Assembly (NCBI GenBank): GCA_013152275.1
Contig: JAADGS010000018.1
Location: 80,136-144,135 of the forward strand
Source: Actinomycetota bacterium
GTDB lineage: Bacteria > Actinomycetota > Acidimicrobiia > Spongiisociales > UBA4744
DNA: 64,000 nucleotides
Direction: 5' to 3'
Part shown: piece by piece, positions 29,458 to 39,020 of the stretch
How positions within the stretch are numbered: position 1 is the stretch's first letter
Layout of the letters: each line of letters starts with the position of its first letter
Notes under the pieces: generated by a model
Database searches by the model: none
What the model saw: the letters and a program-made list of their open reading frames with translations, nothing else
Told to the model about the DNA's origin: nothing
Program-made: the position numbers and the translations under genes

Positions 29458-31449
29458 ATGGCCATCGATCGCCTCAAACTCGACCGCGCCCACGAACAGT
29501 GGGACACCGCCCGCTTCCTCGGCCTGGCCGTCGTCGTCGGTGTCCTGGTCGGTGCGGCCGCCTCTCTGCTGATAGCGATGATCCAGTGGGTGCACGACCG
29601 GGTCGCGCTGATTCCGTTCGGGCGGTGGGTGCCGCTCCTCGTCATCCCTCTCGCAATCCTGGTGGCATGGTTCATCGCGAGCCGGTGGTCGCCCGAGGTC
29701 GAGGGCGACGGCGTCCCGGCAACGGTCGAGGGGTTGACGATACGGGCCGGGTACCTACCGAGCCGGTCCGTGATCTGGAAGTTCATCGTGACGACGCTGA
29801 CCCTGGGCGCGGGTGGCTCGGGAGGTCGGGAGGGTCCGATCGTGCAGATCGGGGCCACGATCGGCTCGTCCATCGCCCGGCACACGAACCTGGGCGAGGA
29901 TCAGGTCCGGAGCCTGGTCGCCGCCGGCGCGGGGGCTGCCATCGGTGCGAGCTTCAACGCTCCGATCGCAGGCATGCTCTTCGCCATGGAAGTGATCCTG
30001 CGCACACTCTCGATTCGGCATCTCTCGGCAGTGGTCGTCGCGTCGGTCGCCGCCGCCGTGACGACCAGGAGCATATCCGGCGGAGAGGAGATCCTGAGGG
30101 CGCCGGCGTACGGCCTCATCGCACACAGAGAATGGCAGGAACTGCTCGTCTACGCCGCGCTCGGGATCGCCATCGCCGTCCTCGCCTGGGCATTCCTGCG
30201 GATACTGGGAGCAGTCGAGGACATCTCGGATCGATTCTCGAGATGGCCCTGGCTGCGACCCCTTGCCGCCGGGCTCGTCATCGCGCTGATCGGTGTCGTG
30301 GAGCCGGACGTGCTCGGCACCGGACAGGACTTCGTGGCACGGATCGTCAACATCTCGGTCTCCGGAACCCAGATCTGGTGGCTGTTGATGGTTCTCGCCG
30401 TGCTGAAGATGGTCACCACGTCTGTGACGATCGGTTCTGGCGGTTCTGGCGGAGCGTTCATGCCCAGCCTCTTCATCGGCGCGGCCTTCGGTGCCGGTCT
30501 CGCCGAGCTCCTGGCTCCTGCGTGGACACTGTCGGCGCTTCGACCCGGCCCGTTTGCCGTCGTCGGGATGGCTGCCATGTTCGCGGCGGTCGCTCGCGCG
30601 CCCCTGACCTCGATTCTGATCGTGTTCGAGATCACCCAGGACTACAAACTCGTGCTGCCGCTCATGCTCGCCGTGTCCCTCGCCACCCTCATCGCCGACG
30701 TGTTGAGTCCGGAGAGCGTGTACACGATGCCGCTGATCCGCAAGGGCATCCAACTGGCCCGCGCTTCGGAGGTCGACGTCCTCGACACCATCAAGGTCGG
30801 AGACGTGATGTCGCGCCAGGTCCCGGTCGCTCCGCACATGACCCTGGAGGAGGCTGCCGAGATTCTCAACGAACATGGTCATCATGGCGCTGCGGTGCTC
30901 GACCACGGCCGTCTCGTCGGTGTGTTGAGCATGTCGGACATCCTTCGGTACAAGTCGACCGGTCTGGTCGCCGACGCGATGACACACCGTCCGGTGACCG
31001 TTACCGCCAATACGCCGGTGAGTGAGGCGCTGGAACGCATGGCGGCGATCGGTGTTTCGCGGCTCCCCGTCGTCGCGGAAGACGACCCGACCCATCTCGT
31101 GGGGATGTTCCGGCGGAGAGATATCGTCAGGGCGTACCACATCGCTCTGGGCTCCGCCACGGGTGTCCAACTCGCGAGAGACCGTCTGCAACGAAAGACC
31201 GAGCCCGGCGTCTCGTTCTTCGAGATCCGGGTGCCGGAGCAACTCAGCGGGCAGCTCCTCAAAGACGTCTCGTGGCCCGAGGACAGCACGATCGTCTCCG
31301 TCAGACGCCGAACGACGGTCTATGTCCCTCGGGGGGATACACGTCTGCAAGCAGGCGATGTCATCACGGTGTTCGGCACGAACGCAGCCAGAGACGAACT
31401 GGTCGCCCGCATGGAGCACACCGGCATGGCAGGTCCCGTAGGCATGTAA
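29458..31449 (+). CDS. CLC chloride channel/transporter with CBS pair and TrkA-C domain
   Basis: GREGP, FNAPIAG, GGAFMP, SVYT; CBS domains; C-terminal VPRGDTRLQAGD. Confidence 0.92.
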   Translation: MAIDRLKLDRAHEQWDTARFLGLAVVVGVLVGAAASLLIAMIQWVHDRVALIPFGRWVPLLVIPLAILVAWFIASRWSPEVEGDGVPATVEGLTIRAGYLPSRSVIWKFIVTTLTLGAGGSGGREGPIVQIGATIGSSIARHTNLGEDQVRSLVAAGAGAAIGASFNAPIAGMLFAMEVILRTLSIRHLSAVVVASVAAAVTTRSISGGEEILRAPAYGLIAHREWQELLVYAALGIAIAVLAWAFLRILGAVEDISDRFSRWPWLRPLAAGLVIALIGVVEPDVLGTGQDFVARIVNISVSGTQIWWLLMVLAVLKMVTTSVTIGSGGSGGAFMPSLFIGAAFGAGLAELLAPAWTLSALRPGPFAVVGMAAMFAAVARAPLTSILIVFEITQDYKLVLPLMLAVSLATLIADVLSPESVYTMPLIRKGIQLARASEVDVLDTIKVGDVMSRQVPVAPHMTLEEAAEILNEHGHHGAAVLDHGRLVGVLSMSDILRYKSTGLVADAMTHRPVTVTANTPVSEALERMAAIGVSRLPVVAEDDPTHLVGMFRRRDIVRAYHIALGSATGVQLARDRLQRKTEPGVSFFEIRVPEQLSGQLLKDVSWPEDSTIVSVRRRTTVYVPRGDTRLQAGDVITVFGTNAARDELVARMEHTGMAGPVGM

Positions 31450-31472
31450 TAGAATTGGGTCGAGGAGTAGTC

Positions 31473-31658
31473 ATGACCCTTCGTAAAGGCATGCACGTTC
31501 GGGAGTTGACCAAGAAGATCGGTCAGGTCGGGCGCACCGGCGTCGTTGTCGGGATTCGTGACGGGATCGTCGAAGTGCGTTGGGACGATGGCCGGGTCAG
31601 CACACTCTCCGGAGCCGTGCTCGTACCAATTCGAACTTCATCGAACGCGGCCGAGTAG
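31473..31658 (+). CDS. Small SH3-like hypothetical protein (DUF1918-like)
   Basis: GAGGAG RBS; GRTGVVVG...VEVRWDDG. Confidence 0.65.
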   Translation: MTLRKGMHVRELTKKIGQVGRTGVVVGIRDGIVEVRWDDGRVSTLSGAVLVPIRTSSNAAE

Positions 31659-31670
31659 CACGGCGCGCTC

Positions 31671-34391
31671 TCAGGACGCCTGAGCCGCTGCGGTTGCCGG
31701 TTCGGGCAGCGTCAGCGTGAACGTGCTGCGCCCGCCGCCCGAGTAGACGAGGTCGCCACCCATGAGTCGGGCGAGATGCCTCGACACGGTCAGGCCGAGC
31801 CCGACCGAATTCGGCTGGGACCCCGGTTCGTGATCACGCGCGTACGGTTCGAAGATCTGTTCCTCGAGCCCCGGGCTGATCCCTGGGCCGTCGTCGGAGA
31901 CGTGCAGCGCGACGAATCCGTCCTCCACCGCGGTACTCACGTCGATGTGCCGGCCCCCGTAGCGGACGGCATTGGTGATGAGGTTGCGGATGACCTGGCG
32001 GAGCCGGGCCGGATCGGCCCACGTCTCGGCGTGGTCGGCGGTGACCGTGATGCGTCGCTGGGAGGGCTCGTCGAGCGCGGCGACGACCCTTTCGATCTCG
32101 TCGGTGATCTCGACAACTCGAGGGGTGATCGTCACCTTGCCGATGTCCGCGCGCGCGGCGACCAGCAGGTCCTCGACCAGGTTGGCGACATCGGAGGCCT
32201 GGTCGGCGAGCAGGCCCATGAACTCGCTGATCTCATCGGTGGAGAAGATCTTCCATGAGGATCGCAGCTCCTCGGCGAGGCCGACCACTGCCGTGAGGGG
32301 GGTGCGCAGCTCGTGAGAGACGGAAGCGACGAACTCGTCCTTGGATTGGATGAGCCGTTCCAGGCGGCGTTGCGTCTCGATGCGCTCTGTCATGTCTCGG
32401 AATGTGGCCGAGATGTGGGTGATGGTCCCGTTGTCGTCGCGATGTGCGAGCACCACGGACGATCCTGGGACCGTCGCGCCGCTCGGGGAGTGCAAGGTCA
32501 TGTCACCGGTCCACCAACCCGAGGTGCGCAGCGTCCGGAAGATGTCCATGACACTTTCTCCGGAGTCCGTCTCGATCATCTCGGCGACGTCCAGGGGCGG
32601 CAGAGAACCCTGAGATGAGAGCCCGTACCATTCGCGCCCGGCGCGATTCACGTACGTCATGTGGCCTTTGACGTCGATGATCCCGACCAGGTCCGGGGTC
32701 GCCTCGAGGATCTTGATCATCTGGTCCCGGTCGGCCTCCGCCTTGCGGCGCTCGGTGATGTCCTGGATCAGTCCGATCATCAGTTCCGGTGCACCCTGAT
32801 CGTCATGGACGACGGTGACGGAGAACTCGACCCAGATGATGTGATGGTCGGCGTGCAGGAATCGCTTCGAGAATCGGTAGGAGGGGATATCGCCGGCGAG
32901 GAGCTGTTCCCTGAGCCTGACGTCGATGTGCCGGTCCTCGGGATGGGTGATGTCGGCGATGGACATCGTCTCGAGTTCTTCGACGGTCCTGCCGAGCATG
33001 AGGGCGAGTTCTGCGTTGGCGGCGATGATCTGCAGGTCGAGGCCTACTGCAGCGATGCCGATCGGGGCGTGCTCGAAGATTGCTCGCAGCCGGGCCTCCG
33101 ACTCGCGCAGGGCTTCCTCCACCCGGTGGCGTGCCGAGGTATCGGTCAGGGCGCCTTCGAAGTAGGCGGTCTCACCGTTCTCGTCGTACACCACCCGGGA
33201 GCTGTCCCGCACCCAGATCGTGCTTCCGTCGTACCTGCGGAGCTGCTCCTCGACACCGATGAACCTGCCTTCGGTCTCGAGCCTTTCGATGATCTCTTTT
33301 CTCCGGGCTTTTCGGACGTACGCGTCGTGCACGTCGAGGTCGAGCATCGTCTCTCGATCCGGATACCCGAGCAGCTCGACGAGGGCGGGGTTCGCATCGA
33401 GGATCCGGCCCTCGGGATTCGTCCGATAGAGGGCCGCCGGAATCCCTTCGAACAGGCTTCGGTACCGTTCCTCCGATGCGGCGAGGGCCTCTTCCGCGGC
33501 CTTTTGTTCCGAGATGTCGAGCGTTTGCGCGAAGTAGGAGTGGGGACTGCCTTCCTCGTCACGGATCAGTGTGGCGACGATACAGACCCGAAAGACCGAG
33601 CCGTCCGACCGTACGAAGCGATCCTCGATCTGCCAGTGGGTGACACCACCGTCGAGGGCGGCGCGGAGCCGCTGCTCGGCCGCTTCCTGATCGTCCTCGT
33701 GGACGATATCTCGCCACGACATGGTGAGAAGGGTGGGTTCGTCGTATCCGACCTGTTCACAGAACGCCGGATTCACCTGGGTGATCGTGCCCTCGAGCTC
33801 GAACATGACCATCCCCATCGCGGCGCCTTCGAACGACAGACGGAATCGTTTCTCGCTTGCGGCAAGGTCTCTGCGTGACTCGTCGACGACCTTGGAGATG
33901 TTGAGCATGATCACCGCGGTGTAGAGCACGATGGCGAGTGGCAGACCGAACTCGCCGATCCAGTCGATCCAGCCATTGGTCGCGCCGTGAAAGAAGGGCA
34001 GTGCGCGGGCCGCCAGGTGTACCAGAGCCATGCCGAGGATGAGCACGAGGGTTGCCGTGATTATGCGCAGTGCCTGGTCTCGATCCAAGAGGATCGCTGC
34101 GATGACGACCACGTAGGCGAGGAGGAAGTAGACGGCCGGGACGGGGCCGAACATCCACCAGATGAGTCCGGTCCCGGCGAGATCGATCGCCAGAGCCCTG
34201 GTCGTGCCGGCCTTCTGGGGCCATACGGTGTTCCAGGTCAGGGCGAGGGTTGCCGCGATGACGAGGATCCCCACATCGGGCGAGCGATGCAGCCACCAAA
34301 CGACCGCGAGCACCGGCACGGCAATGGCGTATCCAATTGCTCGCAAGCGCAACAATGAGCGCGCAACGGTTTTCGGGAAGCGCCCGTTCAT
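31671..34391 (-). CDS. Membrane multi-PAS sensor histidine kinase
   Basis: TM region, about 4 PAS/PAC repeats, SHELRTPL H-box, NLITNA, DDGPGI, GLGL. Confidence 0.92.
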   Translation of the reverse strand: MNGRFPKTVARSLLRLRAIGYAIAVPVLAVVWWLHRSPDVGILVIAATLALTWNTVWPQKAGTTRALAIDLAGTGLIWWMFGPVPAVYFLLAYVVVIAAILLDRDQALRIITATLVLILGMALVHLAARALPFFHGATNGWIDWIGEFGLPLAIVLYTAVIMLNISKVVDESRRDLAASEKRFRLSFEGAAMGMVMFELEGTITQVNPAFCEQVGYDEPTLLTMSWRDIVHEDDQEAAEQRLRAALDGGVTHWQIEDRFVRSDGSVFRVCIVATLIRDEEGSPHSYFAQTLDISEQKAAEEALAASEERYRSLFEGIPAALYRTNPEGRILDANPALVELLGYPDRETMLDLDVHDAYVRKARRKEIIERLETEGRFIGVEEQLRRYDGSTIWVRDSSRVVYDENGETAYFEGALTDTSARHRVEEALRESEARLRAIFEHAPIGIAAVGLDLQIIAANAELALMLGRTVEELETMSIADITHPEDRHIDVRLREQLLAGDIPSYRFSKRFLHADHHIIWVEFSVTVVHDDQGAPELMIGLIQDITERRKAEADRDQMIKILEATPDLVGIIDVKGHMTYVNRAGREWYGLSSQGSLPPLDVAEMIETDSGESVMDIFRTLRTSGWWTGDMTLHSPSGATVPGSSVVLAHRDDNGTITHISATFRDMTERIETQRRLERLIQSKDEFVASVSHELRTPLTAVVGLAEELRSSWKIFSTDEISEFMGLLADQASDVANLVEDLLVAARADIGKVTITPRVVEITDEIERVVAALDEPSQRRITVTADHAETWADPARLRQVIRNLITNAVRYGGRHIDVSTAVEDGFVALHVSDDGPGISPGLEEQIFEPYARDHEPGSQPNSVGLGLTVSRHLARLMGGDLVYSGGGRSTFTLTLPEPATAAAQAS

Positions 34392-34398
34392 GGCGCAG

Positions 34399-34426
34399 AT
34401 ATCGGCCGTGTCGGCGGCGGTCTTGA
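34399..34426 (-). promoter_or_regulatory. Putative sigma28/WhiG-type promoter (TCAA-N16-GCCGATAT), leaderless
   Basis: Fills the 36-bp gap after bpa; -10 ends 7 nt before the kinase ATG; no RBS. Confidence 0.55.
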
Positions 34427-34427
34427 G

Positions 34428-34925
34428 CTAAAGGTATTGACCCGCAGTCACGTCGGGAGCTTCCAGCGATTTGCGGGACCGGACCTCCTGGAGTTGAGCT
34501 TGTGCCGCCATCTGCTGGGTCCACAAGCTCGCCTGGATGCCGTGGAAGAGTCCCTCGAGCCATCCGACGAGTTGCGCCTGGGCGATACGGAGTTCGGATT
34601 CGGAGGGGATCTGCGAAGTGAGGGGGAGGAACACGTCATCCAGTTCCTCTCTCAAGTCGACCGAGAGCGCCTCTTTGAGCTCCTCCAGGGTGCGTGTGTA
34701 GACGGCGAGGAGTCGTTTGCGCCCCGCCTCGTCGAGGGGGGCCTGGCGAACTTCGTCGAGCATCGCTCGGGTCATCGACGCGATGCGGATCAGCTTGGTC
34801 GGTTGCGTGACCGCCGACTCGACGATCTCGGGTTCCGCCGCCTGCTCGTCGGCCTGCTCGACCACCTGCTCGTCTGTGCCCTCGCCGGTGTGCTCGTCCG
34901 TATGTTGGATCGTGTGTTCATCCAT
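34428..34925 (-). CDS. bpa: Bacterial proteasome activator Bpa/PafE (DUF2587)
   Basis: PTKLIRIASM; ELRIAQAQLVGWLEGLFHGIQ; C-terminal GQYL. Confidence 0.92.
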   Translation of the reverse strand: MDEHTIQHTDEHTGEGTDEQVVEQADEQAAEPEIVESAVTQPTKLIRIASMTRAMLDEVRQAPLDEAGRKRLLAVYTRTLEELKEALSVDLREELDDVFLPLTSQIPSESELRIAQAQLVGWLEGLFHGIQASLWTQQMAAQAQLQEVRSRKSLEAPDVTAGQYL

Positions 34926-34971
34926 GACGAGCCGAGCCTAGTGCCTTGCCTGGCGGAGGATGTGGCCGGGA

Positions 34972-34999
34972 TTTCGTATTTCGTACTTCGTCCTTCGTA
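34972..34999. repeat. Heptamer tandem repeat (YTTCGTA x4)
   Basis: tttcgta tttcgta cttcgtc cttcgta. Confidence 0.65.
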
Positions 35000-35105
35000 T
35001 CGCGGCCCGGTGCGAGTGAGGTCGCGGGGCGGGAATGGGCCGGCTGCCACCCCTGGCATCGAGCCGTTGGATGTTGTAGACTAACGTCAAACAGCAAGGA
35101 ATGGT

Positions 35106-35324
35106 ATGACGGACGAGTACCCACAGATTCTCGACACGGCACATGTCGCCGAACTGCTCGGCATGAACATCCAGATGGTGCGCAAGTACGCGAGAGAAGG
35201 ACGCATCCCCGCCTACCGGTTGCCCGGGGGGCGCACGTTCCGGTTCTTCCACGACGAGATCATCGAGTTCGTGAAACAACATCCGGCAAGCGAGTTGCAG
35301 GACGATCTGGAGTCAGGCGGGTAA
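35106..35324 (+). CDS. Stand-alone MerR-like/excisionase-type HTH protein (HTH_17, BldC-like fold)
   Basis: ILDTAHVAELLGMNIQMVRKYAREGRIPAYRLPGG; AAGGA RBS. Confidence 0.85.
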   Translation: MTDEYPQILDTAHVAELLGMNIQMVRKYAREGRIPAYRLPGGRTFRFFHDEIIEFVKQHPASELQDDLESGG

Positions 35325-35360
35325 CGGGGGGATGCGTGCCGAGTGCGCTTTGAAGAACCG

Positions 35361-35885
35361 CTAGCCCTTGTGGCGAACGACGAACGCGATCTGCGACAGC
35401 GGAACGAAGATGTCCTGACCGTCGGCAGTCGTGAGCATCAGGTGGTCCTTCGCCACGGCGGCGATGCGTCCCTTCATGGAGACCCCCGCGAGGGGGGCGA
35501 CGATCTCGATCGGCTCGCCGGTGAGCTCGTGCTCGGAGAGCCGTGCCTTGAACGTCTTCGCGCCGGCGACGCGATCGAAGCCGTCCGAGTACGCACGGCG
35601 CCTGATCACGAGATGCAACGGGCCGGAGAGATTGGCGTCGATCCAGCCGCCATCGGTTTCCAGCGACACCAGATCACCGCGAGCGTACCGCACCGTTCCC
35701 ACGTACGAGCGATCGGAAGAGGTCACCGCCACCAGGTCGCCGCGAGTCATCGCGTCGAACGCGACGTCACTCAATGTGCGCGTACGCGCCGCGAGCTTCG
35801 CGGCATCGGACTCGGACTCCTCCGCCTCGGAGCGCAACGTGTGCTCCAGATCGTCGTTCCAGTTATCCACAAGTTCTCGCAGCAC
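35361..35885 (-). CDS. Hypothetical protein divergent from tad locus
   Basis: Coding-like ORF with two beta-rich half repeats; start uncertain. Confidence 0.65.
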   Translation of the reverse strand: MLRELVDNWNDDLEHTLRSEAEESESDAAKLAARTRTLSDVAFDAMTRGDLVAVTSSDRSYVGTVRYARGDLVSLETDGGWIDANLSGPLHLVIRRRAYSDGFDRVAGAKTFKARLSEHELTGEPIEIVAPLAGVSMKGRIAAVAKDHLMLTTADGQDIFVPLSQIAFVVRHKG

Positions 35886-35894
35886 CTCGGCGAA

Positions 35895-35935
35895 TTGCCA
35901 ACCAGTGGCAAATCACACTACCGGCAAGATATGAT
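35895..35935 (+). promoter_or_regulatory. Putative tad promoter (TGGCAA-N18-TATGAT) overlapped by palindrome TTGCCA-N5-TGGCAA
   Basis: Read directly from the sequence between divergent genes. Confidence 0.4.
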
Positions 35936-35968
35936 GGCCGCCTCACGGGGAGGGAACTGCTGGGAGGA

Positions 35969-36616
35969 GTGAGCGCCAGGTTGGGGCCGTTGGGGCGGTT
36001 TTCCACAGGTCACTGGGTGATGCTGGTGGCGGGTCTCGTCGCGGTGGTTCTGAACTTCGCGTTTCTGCGCTCGCAACAGAACACGGTGAATGTCGCCATC
36101 GCCGTAGAGGACATTCCGGCCGGTGCCCGGCTCGAGACGGACATGATCGGGTTCACACCCGTGCACGCGCAGAGCGACGTCGAGGATCGAATGGTCGGAA
36201 CCGGTGAGATGGATGGCCTCATCGGTATGGTGGTCGCCCGCTCCATTCCGTCGGGAACCCTGCTGTCCGAACGTGATTTCGTGTTGCCTTCCTCGACCGT
36301 GCGAGCGATGAGCATTCCGGTGGATCCCGAGCATGCCGTCGGAGGCGCGCTGCGTCCGGGGGACCGCGTCGATATCCTCCAGTCGGCGGACGGTGCCGCC
36401 CGGTACGTTCTCGTCGGGGCGGAGGTGCTGACGGTCGGTGACGGAACCGGCGGAGCGCTCGGTGGCGCAGGCCGCTATGCGGTCACGGTGGCCCTGGACG
36501 CGCAATCGGCACTCGAAGTTGCAGCCGCCCTGTCCGAAGGAACGCTGGACCTCGTGCGTTCGACGGGGTCGGCGCCACCTTCGATCTTGGTCTATCCGCC
36601 GGTTGATCAGCCGTGA
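35969..36616 (+). CDS. cpaB: Flp pilus assembly protein CpaB/RcpC (SAF domain)
   Basis: TM plus SAF (AVEDIPAG); AVGGALRPGDRVDI; GGAGGA RBS. Confidence 0.82.
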   Translation: MSARLGPLGRFSTGHWVMLVAGLVAVVLNFAFLRSQQNTVNVAIAVEDIPAGARLETDMIGFTPVHAQSDVEDRMVGTGEMDGLIGMVVARSIPSGTLLSERDFVLPSSTVRAMSIPVDPEHAVGGALRPGDRVDILQSADGAARYVLVGAEVLTVGDGTGGALGGAGRYAVTVALDAQSALEVAAALSEGTLDLVRSTGSAPPSILVYPPVDQP

Positions 36617-37752
36617 ACATCGACCCGGCGGTCGCACTCGTGCTGTCCCCGAGGGACTGGGCGGCTCGGTTGCATCGCCACGCCGTCGACCATGGTGGCG
36701 TGCGTGTGAAAGCCCGTATCTTGCGCCCGGAGGAAGCCACGGGTGGCGACTTCGAAGTACTCGTGATCGATGACACCACGTCATTCCTGAGCCAGAGGCT
36801 CATCGATGAGATCCACGGCAGTGGCCACAAGGTGCTTGGTGTCTACGACGACGAAGAGTTTCCCGAGGGCTGTGACCGGCTGCAGAGGATGGGTGTGGAT
36901 GCCGTCATCGGAGCGGAGGCGACAGCCGAGGAATTCGTGCATCGGATAGCCGAGATGCGTCCCGGAGAGGTGATGGGCGCTGCGCGGGTACTCGCCCAAC
37001 ATGCAGCTTCCGGCAAGGTCGTGGTCGTTGGCGGGCCGTATGGGGGCACCGGTTCCACCGAGATAGCGATCGGCCTTGCAGGGCGGCTTCAGGATGGTGG
37101 ATCGCAGACGGTCCTCGTCGATGCGGACGATGTCGCGCCATCGATCGCCCAACGGCTCGGCCTGCCGCTCGTACCGAATCTGCGAACACTCGTGGAGCAC
37201 TCCCGGCACGGCGAGGACATCGGGAGCGACGTCGACGACAGTGCCGGATTCCGGGTCGTCTGTGGGATTCCGAATCCTCGTGACTGGTTCGAACTCCGCC
37301 CGGCGGATGTCGTCGTCGCCGTCGAGGATCTGGCCAAGACTGCGGATTGTGTGATCGTCGATGTCAGCTCCGGAGTCGAGCGGCTTCCCGGCGATGGCCG
37401 GTACCGGCTCTCGAGGAGGCTCATCGCGATGGCCGACGTTCTGATCGGTGTCGGCGTTCCCACACCGCTCGGTGTGTCCCGGTTGCTGGACTGGGTGGCG
37501 GAGACCAAGGTGCTGAACGAGCATATTCGGTTGTGCCTGGTCATCAACAGGACGCCGAAAGGAGCGTTTCTACGGAGCGAGGTCGCCCGTGAGATCGAGC
37601 GGATCTTCGAACCGTCCGTGCTCAGGTTCCTGCCGACAGACCGGCGCGTGGAGCAGGCGTCTTGGGCTGGAGGCCTCGTCCGAAAAGGGGCATTCACCCG
37701 TGCGGTGGCGGCCTTGGCCGCCGATGCTCCGCTGGTCGGGAGTGCTCCATGA
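36613..37752 (+). CDS. CpaE/TadZ (Ssd-like) pseudo-receiver plus MinD-like ATPase
   Basis: Degenerate P-loop GPYGGTGST; LVDAD; VIVD; LVINR. Confidence 0.78.
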   Translation: MNIDPAVALVLSPRDWAARLHRHAVDHGGVRVKARILRPEEATGGDFEVLVIDDTTSFLSQRLIDEIHGSGHKVLGVYDDEEFPEGCDRLQRMGVDAVIGAEATAEEFVHRIAEMRPGEVMGAARVLAQHAASGKVVVVGGPYGGTGSTEIAIGLAGRLQDGGSQTVLVDADDVAPSIAQRLGLPLVPNLRTLVEHSRHGEDIGSDVDDSAGFRVVCGIPNPRDWFELRPADVVVAVEDLAKTADCVIVDVSSGVERLPGDGRYRLSRRLIAMADVLIGVGVPTPLGVSRLLDWVAETKVLNEHIRLCLVINRTPKGAFLRSEVAREIERIFEPSVLRFLPTDRRVEQASWAGGLVRKGAFTRAVAALAADAPLVGSAP

Positions 37753-39020
37753 GCGCCTACGACGACATTCGCTCTGCCGCGGTCCAGATCATCGAGCGGC
37801 GGAAGCTCGACGTGCAGGCCGAGCGCGAGCTGACGCGTGCCGCCGTGACCGAGGCGGTCGGGACCTATCAGCGACAGGCCGACCACGGTGGGAACAAGGC
37901 GCTCCTCGATCCTGCAGAGATGATCGAGCGGGTCTTTCACGCCGTCGCCGACTTCGGCCCACTCACCGACATACTCACCGATTCCGGGGTTGAAGAGATC
38001 TTCATCGAAGGAGACCGCGTGTCCTCCATCGACGGTGACGGGAGATTGCACGCGCTGAGCCGTCCCACCACGGAGGAGGAGAACCGGCGCGTGGTCGACC
38101 GGCTTCTGGCGGACACGGATCGTCATCTCGATGTGGCGAACCCGATCGTGCAGGCCAGGGTCTTGCGAGACTCGGCCCGATTGACCGCCGTCATGCCGCC
38201 GATCGCCGATCGCCTCTCGGTCACGATCCGCAGGTATGCGCTTCGCCGGGAGACGCTCGCGTCGCTGGTCGAACTCGGCTCGATGACACCGTCGGCGGCC
38301 GGGTTCTTGTGGGCCGTGACACAGGCGAACTCGAGCATCATCGTTTCCGGGCCTCCCGGGGCGGGCAAGACGTCGATGCTTGCCGCGCTGATCGCCGCCA
38401 TCCCACCGGGAGACTGCCTGCGAAGCTGTGAAGAAGTTCGCGAGTTGCATGTCCCGATCGTTCACGGCTCCTATTACGAGGCTCGGCCACCGTCGCTCGA
38501 CGGGTCGGGGGCGATACCGCTGCGAGATCTCGTCAAGATCATCTTGGCGATGCGGCCGGACCGGATCGTCGTGGGGGAGGTTCGTGGCGCCGAAGCCTTC
38601 GAACTCACGCGGGCCGTCAACGCAGGCTGCGGGTTCTCGTGCACGGTACACGCGAACTCTGCGCGTGAGGCGCTCTCTGCACTGGTCAACGCGGCGCTGA
38701 TGGCAGGGGAGAACGTCACCGAATCGGTCGTTCGCAACGTCTTCGCTTCCTGCATCGACTTCGTCGTGCATCTCGACAGAGACACGTCGGTGCGGTCGGA
38801 TCGTGGCCTCCGGCGACGAGTCATGGAGGTGCTCTCCGTCGTTCCGTCGCTGCACGACGACTTCACGACGGAACCGATCTTTCTCCGAAGCGACCTGGGC
38901 GGGCCGCTCGAATGGACCGGTGTGTTCCCACCCGACGACCTCACGAGACGCATCCAGCGGTCCCTCCCCGAGGGCATGACACTGCGCTCGATCTTCGAGG
39001 GGAGACTGTCACCGTTGTGA
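37749..39020 (+). CDS. tadA: Tad pilus assembly ATPase
   Basis: GPPGAGKTS; MRPDRIVVGEVRGAEA; TVHANS. Confidence 0.92.
   Translation: MSAYDDIRSAAVQIIERRKLDVQAERELTRAAVTEAVGTYQRQADHGGNKALLDPAEMIERVFHAVADFGPLTDILTDSGVEEIFIEGDRVSSIDGDGRLHALSRPTTEEENRRVVDRLLADTDRHLDVANPIVQARVLRDSARLTAVMPPIADRLSVTIRRYALRRETLASLVELGSMTPSAAGFLWAVTQANSSIIVSGPPGAGKTSMLAALIAAIPPGDCLRSCEEVRELHVPIVHGSYYEARPPSLDGSGAIPLRDLVKIILAMRPDRIVVGEVRGAEAFELTRAVNAGCGFSCTVHANSAREALSALVNAALMAGENVTESVVRNVFASCIDFVVHLDRDTSVRSDRGLRRRVMEVLSVVPSLHDDFTTEPIFLRSDLGGPLEWTGVFPPDDLTRRIQRSLPEGMTLRSIFEGRLSPL

Noticed and set aside
34835..34925. 8-residue DEH/DEQ repeats at the Bpa N-terminus
   Set aside because: Low-complexity disordered extension; no independent signal
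35106..35324. Excisionase of a prophage or ICE
   Set aside because: No integrase, att duplication or phage genes nearby
37749..39020. VirB11-type conjugation system
   Set aside because: Context (CpaB, CpaE, TadB/C, Flp, TadE) is Tad pilus; no VirB4, coupling protein or relaxase
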